Below, piece by piece: positions 42,450-58,656 of a stretch of DNA of 64,000 nucleotides; position 1 is the first letter of the stretch, and every line of letters starts with the position of its first letter. Under the pieces are notes generated by a model, which saw nothing but the letters and a program-made list of their open reading frames with translations, ran no database searches and was not told where the DNA came from. The stretch lies in the NCBI RefSeq assembly GCF_009914755.1, contig NC_060931.1. One strand, 5' to 3'. The position numbers were made by a program, and so were the translations under genes. This DNA comes from the human T2T-CHM13v2.0 reference genome, Homo sapiens.

Positions 42450-42570
42450 AGTGAAGGGCCAGCTCCAACTCTCACTTGCTGAGCAACCCTGAGTGAGTCA
42501 CTCAGTCTCCCCGAGCCTGTTTGTACGTCTGTAAAATGAGCCTCACACTCCACACCTTGCCAAGTTCTTG
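42450..42570 (+). mobile_element. MIR fragment containing a palindromic AP-1 site
   Basis: ctgagtgagtcactcag...ctgtaaaatg MIR core. Confidence 0.55.
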
Positions 42571-43296
42571 GGAGAAGGTGCAGGCCTGGTCCCCGGGTCG
42601 TCCCCAGCCTCAGCCACCCCACAATAAGAAAAGAGCCTGTCATCTCACACTTTTGCACACTCTCACCTTGCATGGCTGTTGGGGAGGCAGAGCTTTGCGG
42701 GGAGGGAGGCTTTTGTTTGCAGGGAAACTGAGGCCCAGAGAGGGTGAGCAGGCAGCTTGGGTCTCAAGGCAAGGCCCTGGCAGGCCAAGCCGGACATCTT
42801 CCCTGCCGGGCTCAGAGACCCCAGGACCAGGAGCGGGCAGGCCTGAGCACAGATCCAGGTCCCGCTGTGTGGGTCCCCACTTCCCCACGCCCCAGTCCCG
42901 CCCAGGGCCAGGGCTTGTCAGTGCATGTCTCCCAGCTGTCCTCAGCCCCTCCCGGTGGACACAAAGGCCAGGCCTCTCGAAGAGGCGAAGAGGCAGCAGG
43001 AAGGGGCTCCTGCCAGCTGGGCTGTGGATGCAGGCGGGGAAGTGAGTGGAGACAGGAAGGAAGCCGCACAGCTGGAGACTGGGCCGCCATTGTGTCACCT
43101 GGAGCGGGGGCGCCGTGGTCTGCCCTCAGATGCCTCCCCAGCGCTGGAGGGCAGCGGGGGTTGCTGGGCCCTCCTCTCTCCGGGCCCCACCCTTCTGCTG
43201 ACTTCCTGCCCCCACCCCAGCCTCAGTTTCCCCATTTATAAAACCTTAGGAGGCAAGACCTGTGGGAATTATACAGTAGCATTATAACAAGTGCCA

Positions 43297-45044
<1,748 letters not shown>

Positions 45045-45114
45045 TAATAACTCACTTGTTAAGGCTAAATACCTGTTGAGTTTCATCCTAAGCTGTGACG
45101 TCACTAGTTTCATG

Positions 45115-45255
45115 TGGATAAATAATAGATTGGTAGGTGGGCACATAGATGAATAGATAGATAGATGATTGATGTTGATGACAATGATGACGGATATAGA
45201 TGGTATATACATGATAGATGATAGATATTGATGATAGGTAGAGATAGAGATGAAG
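45115..45255. repeat. Degenerate (GATA/GAT)n repeat
   Basis: atagatgaatagatagatagatgattgatg... Confidence 0.75.
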
Positions 45256-46125
45256 AGATGCCCGGTGTTGGTAATTGTAGTAGAATTAACATGCAATTAC
45301 GAAATCTCATTGTGTGTGCCCCTGAAGTCACCTTCCCACCCCGGGGCTCTTCGGCTCTTCGAAGGCTGAGCCCTTCGCATACAGGAGGCAGGAGCCACAA
45401 CTCCCATTGTATAGGTGTGGAACCTGAGGCTGGTTGGGGGGACTTGTGGATGGTCACGCAGCCAGGAGGGGCAGGCCTGGGGGACTCTCCCCACAGTGCT
45501 CATGTCCCCTTATGAGGCCTCCGGGGCCTTCCTGCTCCCACCACACACCAGCCTGGCTCTCACCACCACACACACATGAGGCTGCTGGGACAGGCTCACG
45601 TCTCCCTCCAGGTGGGACAGGAGAAACAGGAAAGGCCCCTGCAGGAAGTAGGGGGAGAGGGAAGCCTTGGGGCCTCTGAGGAGATGGCTTGGACCAGGCA
45701 GGACATGAGTGCCCCAGGGCTGACCCTTCCCACCAGGGCTGAGCCGTGGCAAGAGCCTGAGCCCAGTGGTCCTGGGTGGGGACTGGCCCAGGCCATGCCT
45801 GCCCCTGCCTTTCAGTCCCCTGGGCCCCGCTGGGACCTTCTGGCCCATGGCAGGTGCCCTCCCCACACAGGATGCCATCCGACACCCCTCCCCGGTCCAG
45901 GTCCATCCCGGCCGTATGCGAGACCGTATACGGCGAGGCCGTATGCAGGCCGCCGTATGCGAGAGCTTCAGCATCCTGGGGACAAAGTGAGGGGGTTGGG
46001 TCGTCTCTGGAGTGTCGGTCTCAGGGTCCCCCAGCCCCCCAGCTTCCAGGGCTGCGTAGCACCGGCCCCACCTGAGCCTCCCCCTGCCACCCCCTAGCAG
46101 CCAAACGCCTGCAGCCTTCTCAGAG

Positions 46126-46131
46126 TTTATT
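46126..46131 (-). terminator. GRIFIN: GRIFIN polyadenylation signal AATAAA
   Basis: tttatt on +, ~124 nt downstream of the stop. Confidence 0.85.
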
Positions 46132-46254
46132 GAAGGTGGAGCTGCGAGGAGCACACAGGACCACAGACCCCCTCACCCAGCTGCCCCAGGGTGGGACTCC
46201 AGGTACCCTGGACATGGGACAAGCCGAGGCTGGCTCCTGGGGTGCAGGTGTCAC

Positions 46255-46270
46255 TCAGTAGCCCCGGTCC
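46255..46270 (-). CDS. GRIFIN: GRIFIN exon 5 coding part (G/DRGY*)
   Basis: tttgcag|G GAC CGG GGC TAC TGA. Confidence 0.85.
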
Positions 46271-47769
46271 CTGCAAACATCCAAGGCACGTCCCTAGCTC
46301 CTGCCCTGCCCATGCACAGACCAGGGTGGGAGGTGGACCATGGCCCTGCTCCCGTGGCCGGATATGCAGGGCTGGCAGGGAGAGGAGCAGGGTGGGACGC
46401 CAGGCAGACAACCCCTCCCCAGGCGGAGGAGGGTCCCCGGATCAGGGTGAGAAGCAAAATCCCTGCTGGGGTGGGCAGTGTGGGGCAGGAATGGGCAGGG
46501 ACCTGGGTAGAGGCAGGGACTTTACCCCCAGCTCAGGCCCCTCTTGGCCAGCTCCACCTGGGCCAGGCAGTGGTCACTCAGCACGCGCACCCTGGTGGTG
46601 GCGCCCAGCGGCCTCTGACGGCATGGGAACTGTAGCACCTTGTGCTCCGGGGCGTAGACGTGGAAGTGCTCCGCGTCCCAGCTGACCTCTATCTGGGCAG
46701 GCTGGGGCCAGTGACCTCAGTGCCAGCCCCCAGGGCCTGGGGTCTGGTCCCGCTTTTAACGGTGATGTGCCTGCCGGCCGTCTCCAGGAAGGACAGCCTG
46801 GCAGGCCCCGGGGGTCCCTTGGCTTGGAGCCCCCAGCCCAAAGTCCCCTCCTTTCTCCCAAGATGGGGTGGCTGGTAGCCAGGGTGGTGGGTACCTACTG
46901 CACACGTAGGGAAACTGAGGCCAGGGAGGCCCACCCAGACCTTGCCCTGGCCCACTGACCTGTAAGCGTCCACCGTGAACCCGCTGCCCACTGGCCCCCT
47001 GTTCCCCCACGGGCCTTCCCTGCCTAGCCCAGGCCCCACCCAGGCCCCTGTCACCTCAAAGGGCTCCCCCGGGGCCAGCGGGAAGATGCTAGACACCTGC
47101 TCCGGGCCCCAGCGGCCGTACTGGAAGGCATTGCCCACCACAGTGGCGCTGGAGAACCGGGGCTTGATGTGGAAGGCAATGTCCCCCGTCTCCAACAAGA
47201 AGTTAGTCTCGAACCTGGGGCGGACATGGTGCGGGTCAAGAGCTGCAAAGAGCTGGGCCGGCCACCCAGCCCAAGGCCCAGCGAGGGGAGGGCGGTGCCG
47301 CTGACCTGTCCTCTCCAGAGTCAGCATGTCCCTGGACCAGCAGCTTCCAGCCGGGGGCCAGGCCGCCCGCACAGAAGGCTTTAGACTGAGTGGAAGAGAC
47401 AGGGGGACCAGCCTCATGGGGCTGCAGCCTCCTCCCTCCCACCCCCACCCCCACCCTATCCCATCTGTCCAGGAAGGTCCCTGCCCACCCAGCCTGCCCC
47501 CAACCCAGTGCCAGACATAGGCTAAGGCTCTGTTCATCTGGTGTCTTTGTGACAGGGTGACCAGGGCTGGGGTGGGAGGGACACACCTGCCCAGCAGGCC
47601 AGCTCTGGGGGGACCTTCACCCTGACGCCCTCTCAGCCCTGAGATCTGATGAGAGGCCAGAGCCCATACCCCATCTCTGTGCAGAGAGAGCACGGGTGGC
47701 TCAGGGAGCCCCCAGCCCTGCACCGTTCTCCTTCTCCAGGTCCAGGGTCTCACCCACCTGCACTGCCAT
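46255..47769 (-). CDS. GRIFIN: GRIFIN, 144 aa, join(47769-47758, 47385-47306, 47214-47055, 46692-46526, 46270-46255)
   Basis: All introns GT-AG and phase-consistent (12+80+160+167+16=435 nt). Translates MAVQSKAFCAGGLAPGWKLLVQG...DIAFHIKPRF...VVGNAFQYGRWGPEQ...FPLAPGEPFEIEV...RGLSWGDRGY*, a single galectin CRD. Confidence 0.95.
46526..46692 (-). CDS. GRIFIN: GRIFIN exon 4
   Basis: cag|ATA GAG GTC...TGG GG|gtaaag; IEVSWDAEHFHVYAPEHKVLQFPCR... Confidence 0.93.
47055..47214 (-). CDS. GRIFIN: GRIFIN exon 3 (CRD signature exon)
   Basis: cag|G TTC GAG...TTT GAG|gtgaca. Confidence 0.95.
47306..47385 (-). CDS. GRIFIN: GRIFIN exon 2
   Basis: ctcag|TCT AAA GCC...GAC AG|gtcagc. Confidence 0.93.
47758..47769 (-). 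CDS. GRIFIN: GRIFIN exon 1 coding part (MAVQ)
   Basis: ATG GCA GTG CAG|gtgggt. Confidence 0.88.
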
Positions 47770-47816
47770 CTGCTCCCAGCCACTGTGGGAGGGCGCGGGG
47801 AGCCTGGGGTATAGAT

Positions 47817-47952
47817 GGGGGGCTAGGGGTGGGAAGTGCCGGGGGGCTGGGGGTGGGGAGCGCCGGGGGAGGGCTGGGGGTGGGGAGCGCCGGGGTGGGG
47901 CTGGGGGTGGGGAGCGCCCGGAGTGGGGGGGCTGGGGGTGGGGAACGCCGGG
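47817..47952. repeat. G-rich ~24-30-bp minisatellite (5 units) in the GRIFIN proximal promoter
   Basis: Core gggctgggggtggggagcgcc repeated. Confidence 0.9.
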
Positions 47953-49174
47953 CCCCACCCCCGGGTGACTTGGCAAGGTCTCTGGGCCCTTCCCAGCCCA
48001 TATCTCCCTACCCCTCGGGCCTCTCCCTTCCAGCTGGTTCTCTGTGCAGGCGCAAGGGAGATGGGTCACCTGCCCCTGCTCCCCCAAGCCCTCTCCTGCC
48101 TGACTCTCACCCACTTCACTCCTTCAGGATCCAGGAAAGCAGCCACTCCTTTCTCACTGGGACGGCAAGGTCTAGGCAGGGACCCTGGCCCGGCTCTTCC
48201 TCCGGGATCACGGGCCCCTCCAGGGACTCGAACCCTCCCATCCGGCCAAGGGCAGGCTTAGGAGGGGAGGCTTGGCTGCCGACCCCTGCCCTGGCTTCCC
48301 AGGTCCCGTCTGACCACGTGGTGCTGCAGGGCCTGTCCCCCAGCCCACCCTGGCCCCCGCCGCCTGCCCCCACTGGCTCAGCCACCCCATGGGGCATACA
48401 GCAAGGATTAGGCCGGCGCTGGTCAGCGCATTCCAGGCTCTGGCAGGCGAGGGGAGGGCTTTTCCCACACCCAGGATGCTCCCCACCTCAGGCTGAGCAT
48501 GGGGGGGACCAGCTGGGCCCTCAAGGAGGAAGGGAGGTGAGCAGAGAGAGTCTCAGGCTGTCGGGCAGCTTTGGGGCCTCCGAGGACGGGAACCGGCCCG
48601 AAGTGGACCTGGAGGGGGCACAGAGCCCTAGGGCTGCTGCAGGTGGGTGTGTGTGCAGCCATGTGCAGCCATGTGCAGTGCGTGTGCAGTGATCTCGTGG
48701 GTGGGTATCCTGGCTGCAGGCCGGACGATTGTGTGAGCCCATGAGTGTGCGAGGCATGGGGTGTGAGTTCCAGAGACTCTGGGTGACAGGGAGGTTTGCT
48801 GTGTCCCTGCCTGTGTGTCTGAAGAGGCCTGGCCCCCAGGATGCCCCCGCCAGGATTCTCCATTCTCACGTCTCCTGCCGCCCTGTCCCCGTGTTCGAGT
48901 GGGCCCTCCAGTCCCCCATCCGCAGGGGTCCCTTCCAGCCATTCTCTCCAAGCCCTGGCAGGGCTGACCTGGGTCCCGCCTGACCTCTCCATGGGTGCTG
49001 CCGCTGGGGCCTGTGCCCGGACGTCCTGGTAGGAGGGTGGGACTGCTGAGGCCGGGAGGGGCCTCAAGGTGGTCGTGACTGTCCGCCAGCCCCCTGGGTG
49101 GTGCAGAGCAGTGCGGAGCCTGCGGCTGTGGAGCCCGTCTCTCCTGCCTGGCTCGTAGCAGGGCTGGCCGTGGC

Positions 49175-49189
49175 CCTGCAGGGGGCAGC
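49175..49189 (+). promoter_or_regulatory. CTCF-like motif upstream of GRIFIN
   Basis: CCTGCAGGGGGCAGC. Confidence 0.4.
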
Positions 49190-52100
49190 CCTGGGCAGCA
49201 GAGGATGAGCGTGCCTGCCCTCCCCGGCCACATCCGCGTCCCCATCCTGCCTGGCCGTCCTGGGGCCCAGCAAGCCGCAGGTCCCTCCTACGTGCCTCCC
49301 CCAGAAGAGCACAGAGAGGGAAGCCCTCACCACAGCAGGAAGGGGAGCCAGTGCTTCCTCCCCCTCCCTGTCCTGCCCCCAGCCCCAGGGACAGCCCTGG
49401 TTTCAGCTGCGGAGTGAGGACACAGAGCAGGACTCTGGGTACAGGACTCAGGGCCAGGGCTGTGCAGAACATAGAGGCAGGGGGCTGGAACAGGCTTCCC
49501 ACCAGCTGACAACCTGGCGCTCGTGGCCTCTGAGCCTCAGTCTCCCCCACCGTCCGCTGGGCACAGCAGTCCAGCAATGCCATCTGCTGTCCATGCCTGG
49601 GTCCTGGCAGGGTAGGGTGGCCCAGGCAACCACAACCCTGGACACAGGAGCCCGGCCGTCATCCCCTCGCTTTGGGGTCTGTGGGGGCAGCGGTAGAGGG
49701 CCTGGGTCTCAGGAGCTGCCTAGAGCCCCAGACATCAGGGGCCCTGTGGGTGGGGCTTGAGCCCCAGACTTGCCAGACAGAAGGCCTGCGTGCCGCTGCC
49801 TGGGATGAGGGGGGCCTGAGGTCCCTGCTTCTGCCAGGCCCACTCCTCTCTGAGCTTCAACCTCCCCATCTGGGCAGTGGGCTTGTGTTACAGGAAGCTC
49901 AGCAGGCTTCGAGGCCAAAAGGGCTGTGTGAGCCCAGTCCGGGCACCCACAGTTCTCAGAAAGCTGCATGCCTCCTAACACCCAGGGAGAAGCAGGCTGG
50001 CCCTCGTCCCCATGGTGACACGTGTACTTGGCCTGTGTGTAGACTTGTGACCTCACCCCGTTTACTGTGGCTTCAGAGCCTCTCCCTCCTGGGGCGGGAG
50101 CCAGGAGCCGCCAAAGATCTCGGCAACCCGGACAACCAAGGGCCCAGAAGTCAGAACTGGGTGGGTGACAGAGAGAGACCCCGAGCTCTGCAGGCACAGC
50201 CCGTCCTCAACCCTGACTCCAGGGAGTGCAGGTCCAACCCCGGCCCACTCCCCGCTGGCCAGCCTCAGGGGTCGGGGTGGCACAGCAGGCAGTGCCCATG
50301 CTGAGTTGCTGGCTGGGCACCAGCCACTGGGTGCTGTGGCTTGGGGCCCGGGAGCAAACAGACCTCTCCTTCTCCTGTCCCACACGCCCACCCGGATGCG
50401 CGGTTTGCCCAGGGGTTTTGACCTTCACGGGCTCCCGTCTGCACCCGGCTGAGCGAGGAACTTCACCAGGAGAGCGCCTGGACTCCGAAGCCCGTTCTGT
50501 CCTGAGCCTCTATCGCGAGGCAGTGCCCAGCATGGAGCTGGAACTCAGGGATGTGGGGGAAAAATCCTGCCCATCGCATAACAACCACCACCGTCTACTG
50601 AGAGCTCACGCCGGACCAGGCGGCAGGCTGAGTTGTTCACACGTGTTACGGGTGGTTTTCTTTCTCCCCTTGAGGGAGGCTACGAGAGCACAGAGAAGTT
50701 AAGGGGCTTGCCCAAGGTCACAACAGCAAGGGAGTCACAAAGCCAGGATGTGAACCCGGCAGCCCGTCCCAGAGTCTGTGCACCCAAAAACCATGCTAGA
50801 CTGTCCCCTGGAAACAGAGCCCCTCACCAGGCTGGGATATGGGGCTAACAGCGTTGGCTTCCTGGAGGAGGAGGCACCTGAAACGGGTCTTGAAGAATGA
50901 GTAGGAGTTAGAAGGTGGTGAGGAAGGGTGTCCCAGGGAGCAGGAACAGCAGGAGCAACAGCAGGATAGTAGGCCCGAGAGTGGGAGGCTGGACTGTGCT
51001 GGAGGGGGACCAGCCACGCTGGGCACCAGCCAGGATCTGACACGCCTCAGTGTCCCCAGAGCTTCCTGGCATAAGCTTCCCAGGGACCATTTAACAAGGA
51101 TGGCCTCATCTTTCCGGGAGCCTGGCAGAGCTTCCGTGGAATTCCTGGAGTCAGGTGTCAATGTACCCATTTGAGGATGAGGAAACTGAGGTTTGGATGA
51201 AGAAGTCACCCCGTGGCCCCACAGCGAGGAAGCAGCAGAGCCAGATGCAAATGCAGCCTCTGGACTCCCCGTCTGGTGCTCCCCTCGGCCCCTGCCCTCC
51301 TCTCCTGTCCCACACTCCAGCCAGCACCGAGCACCCAGCCTGGCCTGAACATGGGTGATTCCAGGGGCCCTGGCTCGAGGGAAGTCTCAGGCTAGGCTGG
51401 CAGTTTTCTCAGCCTCAGTACCCTCTGAAGCTTCCAGGACCTTCCCAGGAACCCCCTCCCCGCCCCCGGCCACATCTGGAACCGCTCGTCCAGATGGTGA
51501 GGTCAGCACGGAAATTCTCAGCCCCCGCTGGAGGAGGCGCGGGCAGCTCCCGCCGGACTGGAACAAGAGCCGACCCCAGGACGGATGGCTGCAGCCAGCT
51601 CTGCCTCAAGGAGGGCCAGCTCCTCGCCCTGTCAGGCCGCGGTGCAAGTACAACCTTGGGTCAGGAGGGAGGCGAGCCGCACAGGGAGAGGGCCAGGGCA
51701 GCTGAAAAGCACCATGTCCTCATTACACGGATGGGGAAACCGAGGCCCGCCCAGGAGGTGAGGGGCTTGCTGGGAGCCGGCAATAGCAGGGTGGGCACCA
51801 GAGCTCTGGCCCCAGCACTTGCTCCAAGGCCCCTGTGGAACTTGGCCATGGGTCCCGTTAAAGGCTGGGGTTGGCCGTGACTGGGGAGCGCTGATCCCAG
51901 GCTGACGAGGACCCTGGAGCTCTGCAGAGGGGCAGCGGGGTCCATCACTCCCCGATACTCCCTCACCTGTCCCTTCTAAATTCTCTCACAGCTGTCCCCA
52001 GCCACCGCCTGTCCCATCAACTTGCCTGTCCCGAGTGCCTTCTCTCCACAGTCCATCTCGTAGAAGCTTCCTGGGTCCCTCTCTGCCTCCCTCAGGACGG

Positions 52101-52449
52101 AGGGCACTTCCCATCCAAACCATTAATTGAGGCCCTGCAGTGCGCCCAGGGCTGCCTAGGACCGTGAGAGGCTATAGGAGAGGAACAGGTCTGCACCTGA
52201 CCCATGTGGGACCCCTGATCCTCCACCTCCCGCCCTCCTGCGTGGCACACAGTAGGTGCCTGGGCAGTGCCGTGACGCTGCCATCCCTGATTCAGGGCAG
52301 GTGAAGGCCTCCCAGGTACCAGAAAGAAGCTAGGGAGCCCCAGCTCATCCCACCCATAGCTGAGCCCCTGATATGTGCTTCACTGGGTGCTCAACTCTGG
52401 GAGGGGGGCCACCTGCCCCACAGCCCCGATGGGGGAGAAAACCAGCTGG

Positions 52450-52850
52450 CCATTCTGTTATTCCGCAAATATTTGTTGAGCACCTGCTAGGTGACAGGTC
52501 CTGTGTGGTAGTAAACAAGACGGAGAGATGGATACAATCCTTGTCCTCACAGAGCTTCTGGTGTCTGGGGGAGGGGGCAGACACTAAATGGCAAAATCCA
52601 GCATGCCGTTATTTAAGTACTATTAATATTATGATAAATGCTCTGAAAGGGAAAAGATGGGGAGTGAGAGTCTTATATGCTGGGGGGACCTGGCCTTGAT
52701 ATGGGCAGTCAGGGAAGACTTCCTGGAGGAGGTGACATTGGCACTGAATCTGGAAGAGAGAAGGGAAGGGTGTTTCTGGCAAAGGGAACGTCCCGTGCAA
52801 AGGCCCTGGAGTGAGAAGAGTTGGGAAGAGTAAAGAACCAAGATGGGGAT
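52450..52850 (-). mobile_element. L2 3' end
   Basis: caaatatttgttgagcacct...cagggaagacttcctggaggaggtgaca...gtgcaaaggccctggag. Confidence 0.75.
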
Positions 52851-53548
52851 GGAGAAGACACGTCCCCACCCCAATCTCTGCTGCCTGGCTGGGGTCTGGC
52901 CCTTCCTGGCTCCCTGATTAACTCTCAGTGGTCCAGCATTTTTCCTGGACCAGTTGCCCACCTAGTGCCTGGCCATTGTCTGCAGCCGGTGTATGCCAAC
53001 CTTGAGTCTCTTATTACACAGAGAATCTGCTCACTCGGGGGCATTTTGAGGGCTGATAAGATTTGGCTGGAGCCAGCACCAAGCAGGGGCTGCCCGTTCT
53101 GATGCCACTCCCTTTCCCTGGCACAGGCAGGCGAGCATACGGCCCCAAGGACCTTGGACGTCACCTGGCTCCCTCTTGGTGGGCCTCCCTCCTGCAGGGT
53201 CTTAGCCAGGCATACCTCCCTGGGACTTCCCTGCTTCCTCTGCACCTTTACCCCTACATCCCCCGAAAATCAAACCAGGCCCAGCTGCCTCCAACAGGTG
53301 AAGGGCCTTTTTATTTTATTTTATTTTATTTGAGATGGGGTCTTGCTCTGTCGCCCAGGCTGGAGTGCAGTGGCACGATCTTGGCTCACCGCAACCTCCA
53401 CCTCCTGAGTTCAAGTGATTCTCCTGCCTCATCCTCTCATGTAGCTGGGGCTACAGGCACGTGGTACCATGCCTGGCTAATTTTTGTATTTTTAGTAGAG
53501 ATGGGGTTTCACCATATTGGTCAGGCTGGTCTCGAACTCCTGACCTCA

Positions 53549-53788
<240 letters not shown>

Positions 53789-54662
53789 TCAGGGCTGCTG
53801 AGATGCCCACTGTGTGGGTGAGGGACTGGGGGATTCTTCCTCCCTGTCTGGCCTGGAGCCTGGGACAGCACATGGAGGCTAATGCCCAGACAGGGGCTCC
53901 CCCAGGAAAGGACAGAGCCCACATTTACCAGACACCTGCACCAGGCTGGGACCTTCACCCAGAGTGCTCATGACCACCCTGGGAGGGAGCCACGGCACTC
54001 CCATTTTATTTTACTACCTATTTTATAGATGTGGCAACTGAGGCTCAAAGGGGCGCTCTGCCTGGCCCAGGTTCACGCAGCCAGTCACTGTCTGTGCTGG
54101 TGATTTTCACCGCTGCCCTGCAGAGGCAGGGCCAGGGTTAGGGAGGGCTTGCCCCCCTCATTTTCTCAGCTTCCACAGCTGTGCTCAGCAATCGTTAGCA
54201 ATGGCCCCTCACTGTACAGTCCTCAAAGCAAGTTCACATCTATTCCCGTCCCTGATAGATGAGGGCTTTCATTCCCATTTTATTGATGGAGAAACTGAGG
54301 CCACTCTGCATGTTTCTAGGGTGAGTCTTGCTGTGAACAACCTCCAGGGGTCAGTAGGGAGCCTGATCAAAAGGATGTGCCTGAGAGACTCCAAAAGCCC
54401 TTGTAAATTGTGGTGCTGCTTGGGGCGGGGGACTGGGCTGAGGGGAGGGCTCCCTAATGATTCTGAATGAGGGGAACAGGGAGTGGAGTAGTGAGGATGA
54501 GGTCTAGAACACATGGGGGCTGGGACCTTGCTATGCTGTGAAAACTCCTTGGGCCTTGAGCCAGTACCAACAATGAGTGAACTCAACGTGGCAGCCATCT
54601 TTGAGGAAGCTCAACTACTCCAGACAGACCAATCAGAAAGGGCTGGCTGGACACTGGGACTA

Positions 54663-55068
<406 letters not shown>

Positions 55069-55399
55069 CTACAGATGGGTACTAGGCTCCAGGGATGCAG
55101 TCTGCACCAGGTTTATAAACAAACACAGCAGTGACCTGGAATTGAGGAAGGAAGAGCTGGGAATCCAATTAGATGAGAAATGGCTGGGGGATCCTGGAGC
55201 TGGCCTGAGATGGGGATGCTGGAGTCTCCAGGGCCGCAGGATCCCTCTCCCCCAGCACCAGCTTCAGAGCCAGGGGGGCCAGGGGGGACAGAGGTCAAGC
55301 AGGCACGGGTTCAAGCCTCCCTGTCTACAGACCTCCCCAGCCTGAACCTCGGCGTGCTGCTCTGTAACCTGGGGCCACAGAGTACTAGGTTTTTTTTGT

Positions 55400-55945
<546 letters not shown>

Positions 55946-56049
55946 TGATATTGCTGTGGGAGAGACAGATGATAAATACCTCAACCAATAAACAGGGTAT
56001 TCTGGATAGTGATAGGTGCCAGGAAAAACGTACAACAGGACAACGGCAT

Positions 56050-58656
<2,607 letters not shown>

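Noticed and set aside
46689-47783. 364-aa ORF containing a galectin segment
   Set aside because: Only GRIFIN exon 3 is real; the rest is intron read-through
47649-49583. 347-aa and 386-aa ORFs upstream of GRIFIN
   Set aside because: GC-rich, low-complexity, overlapping on both strands, no recognisable homology
51502-51508. Maf half-site as a lens enhancer for GRIFIN
   Set aside because: A single 7-mer with no supporting Sox/Pax sites recognised; chance level
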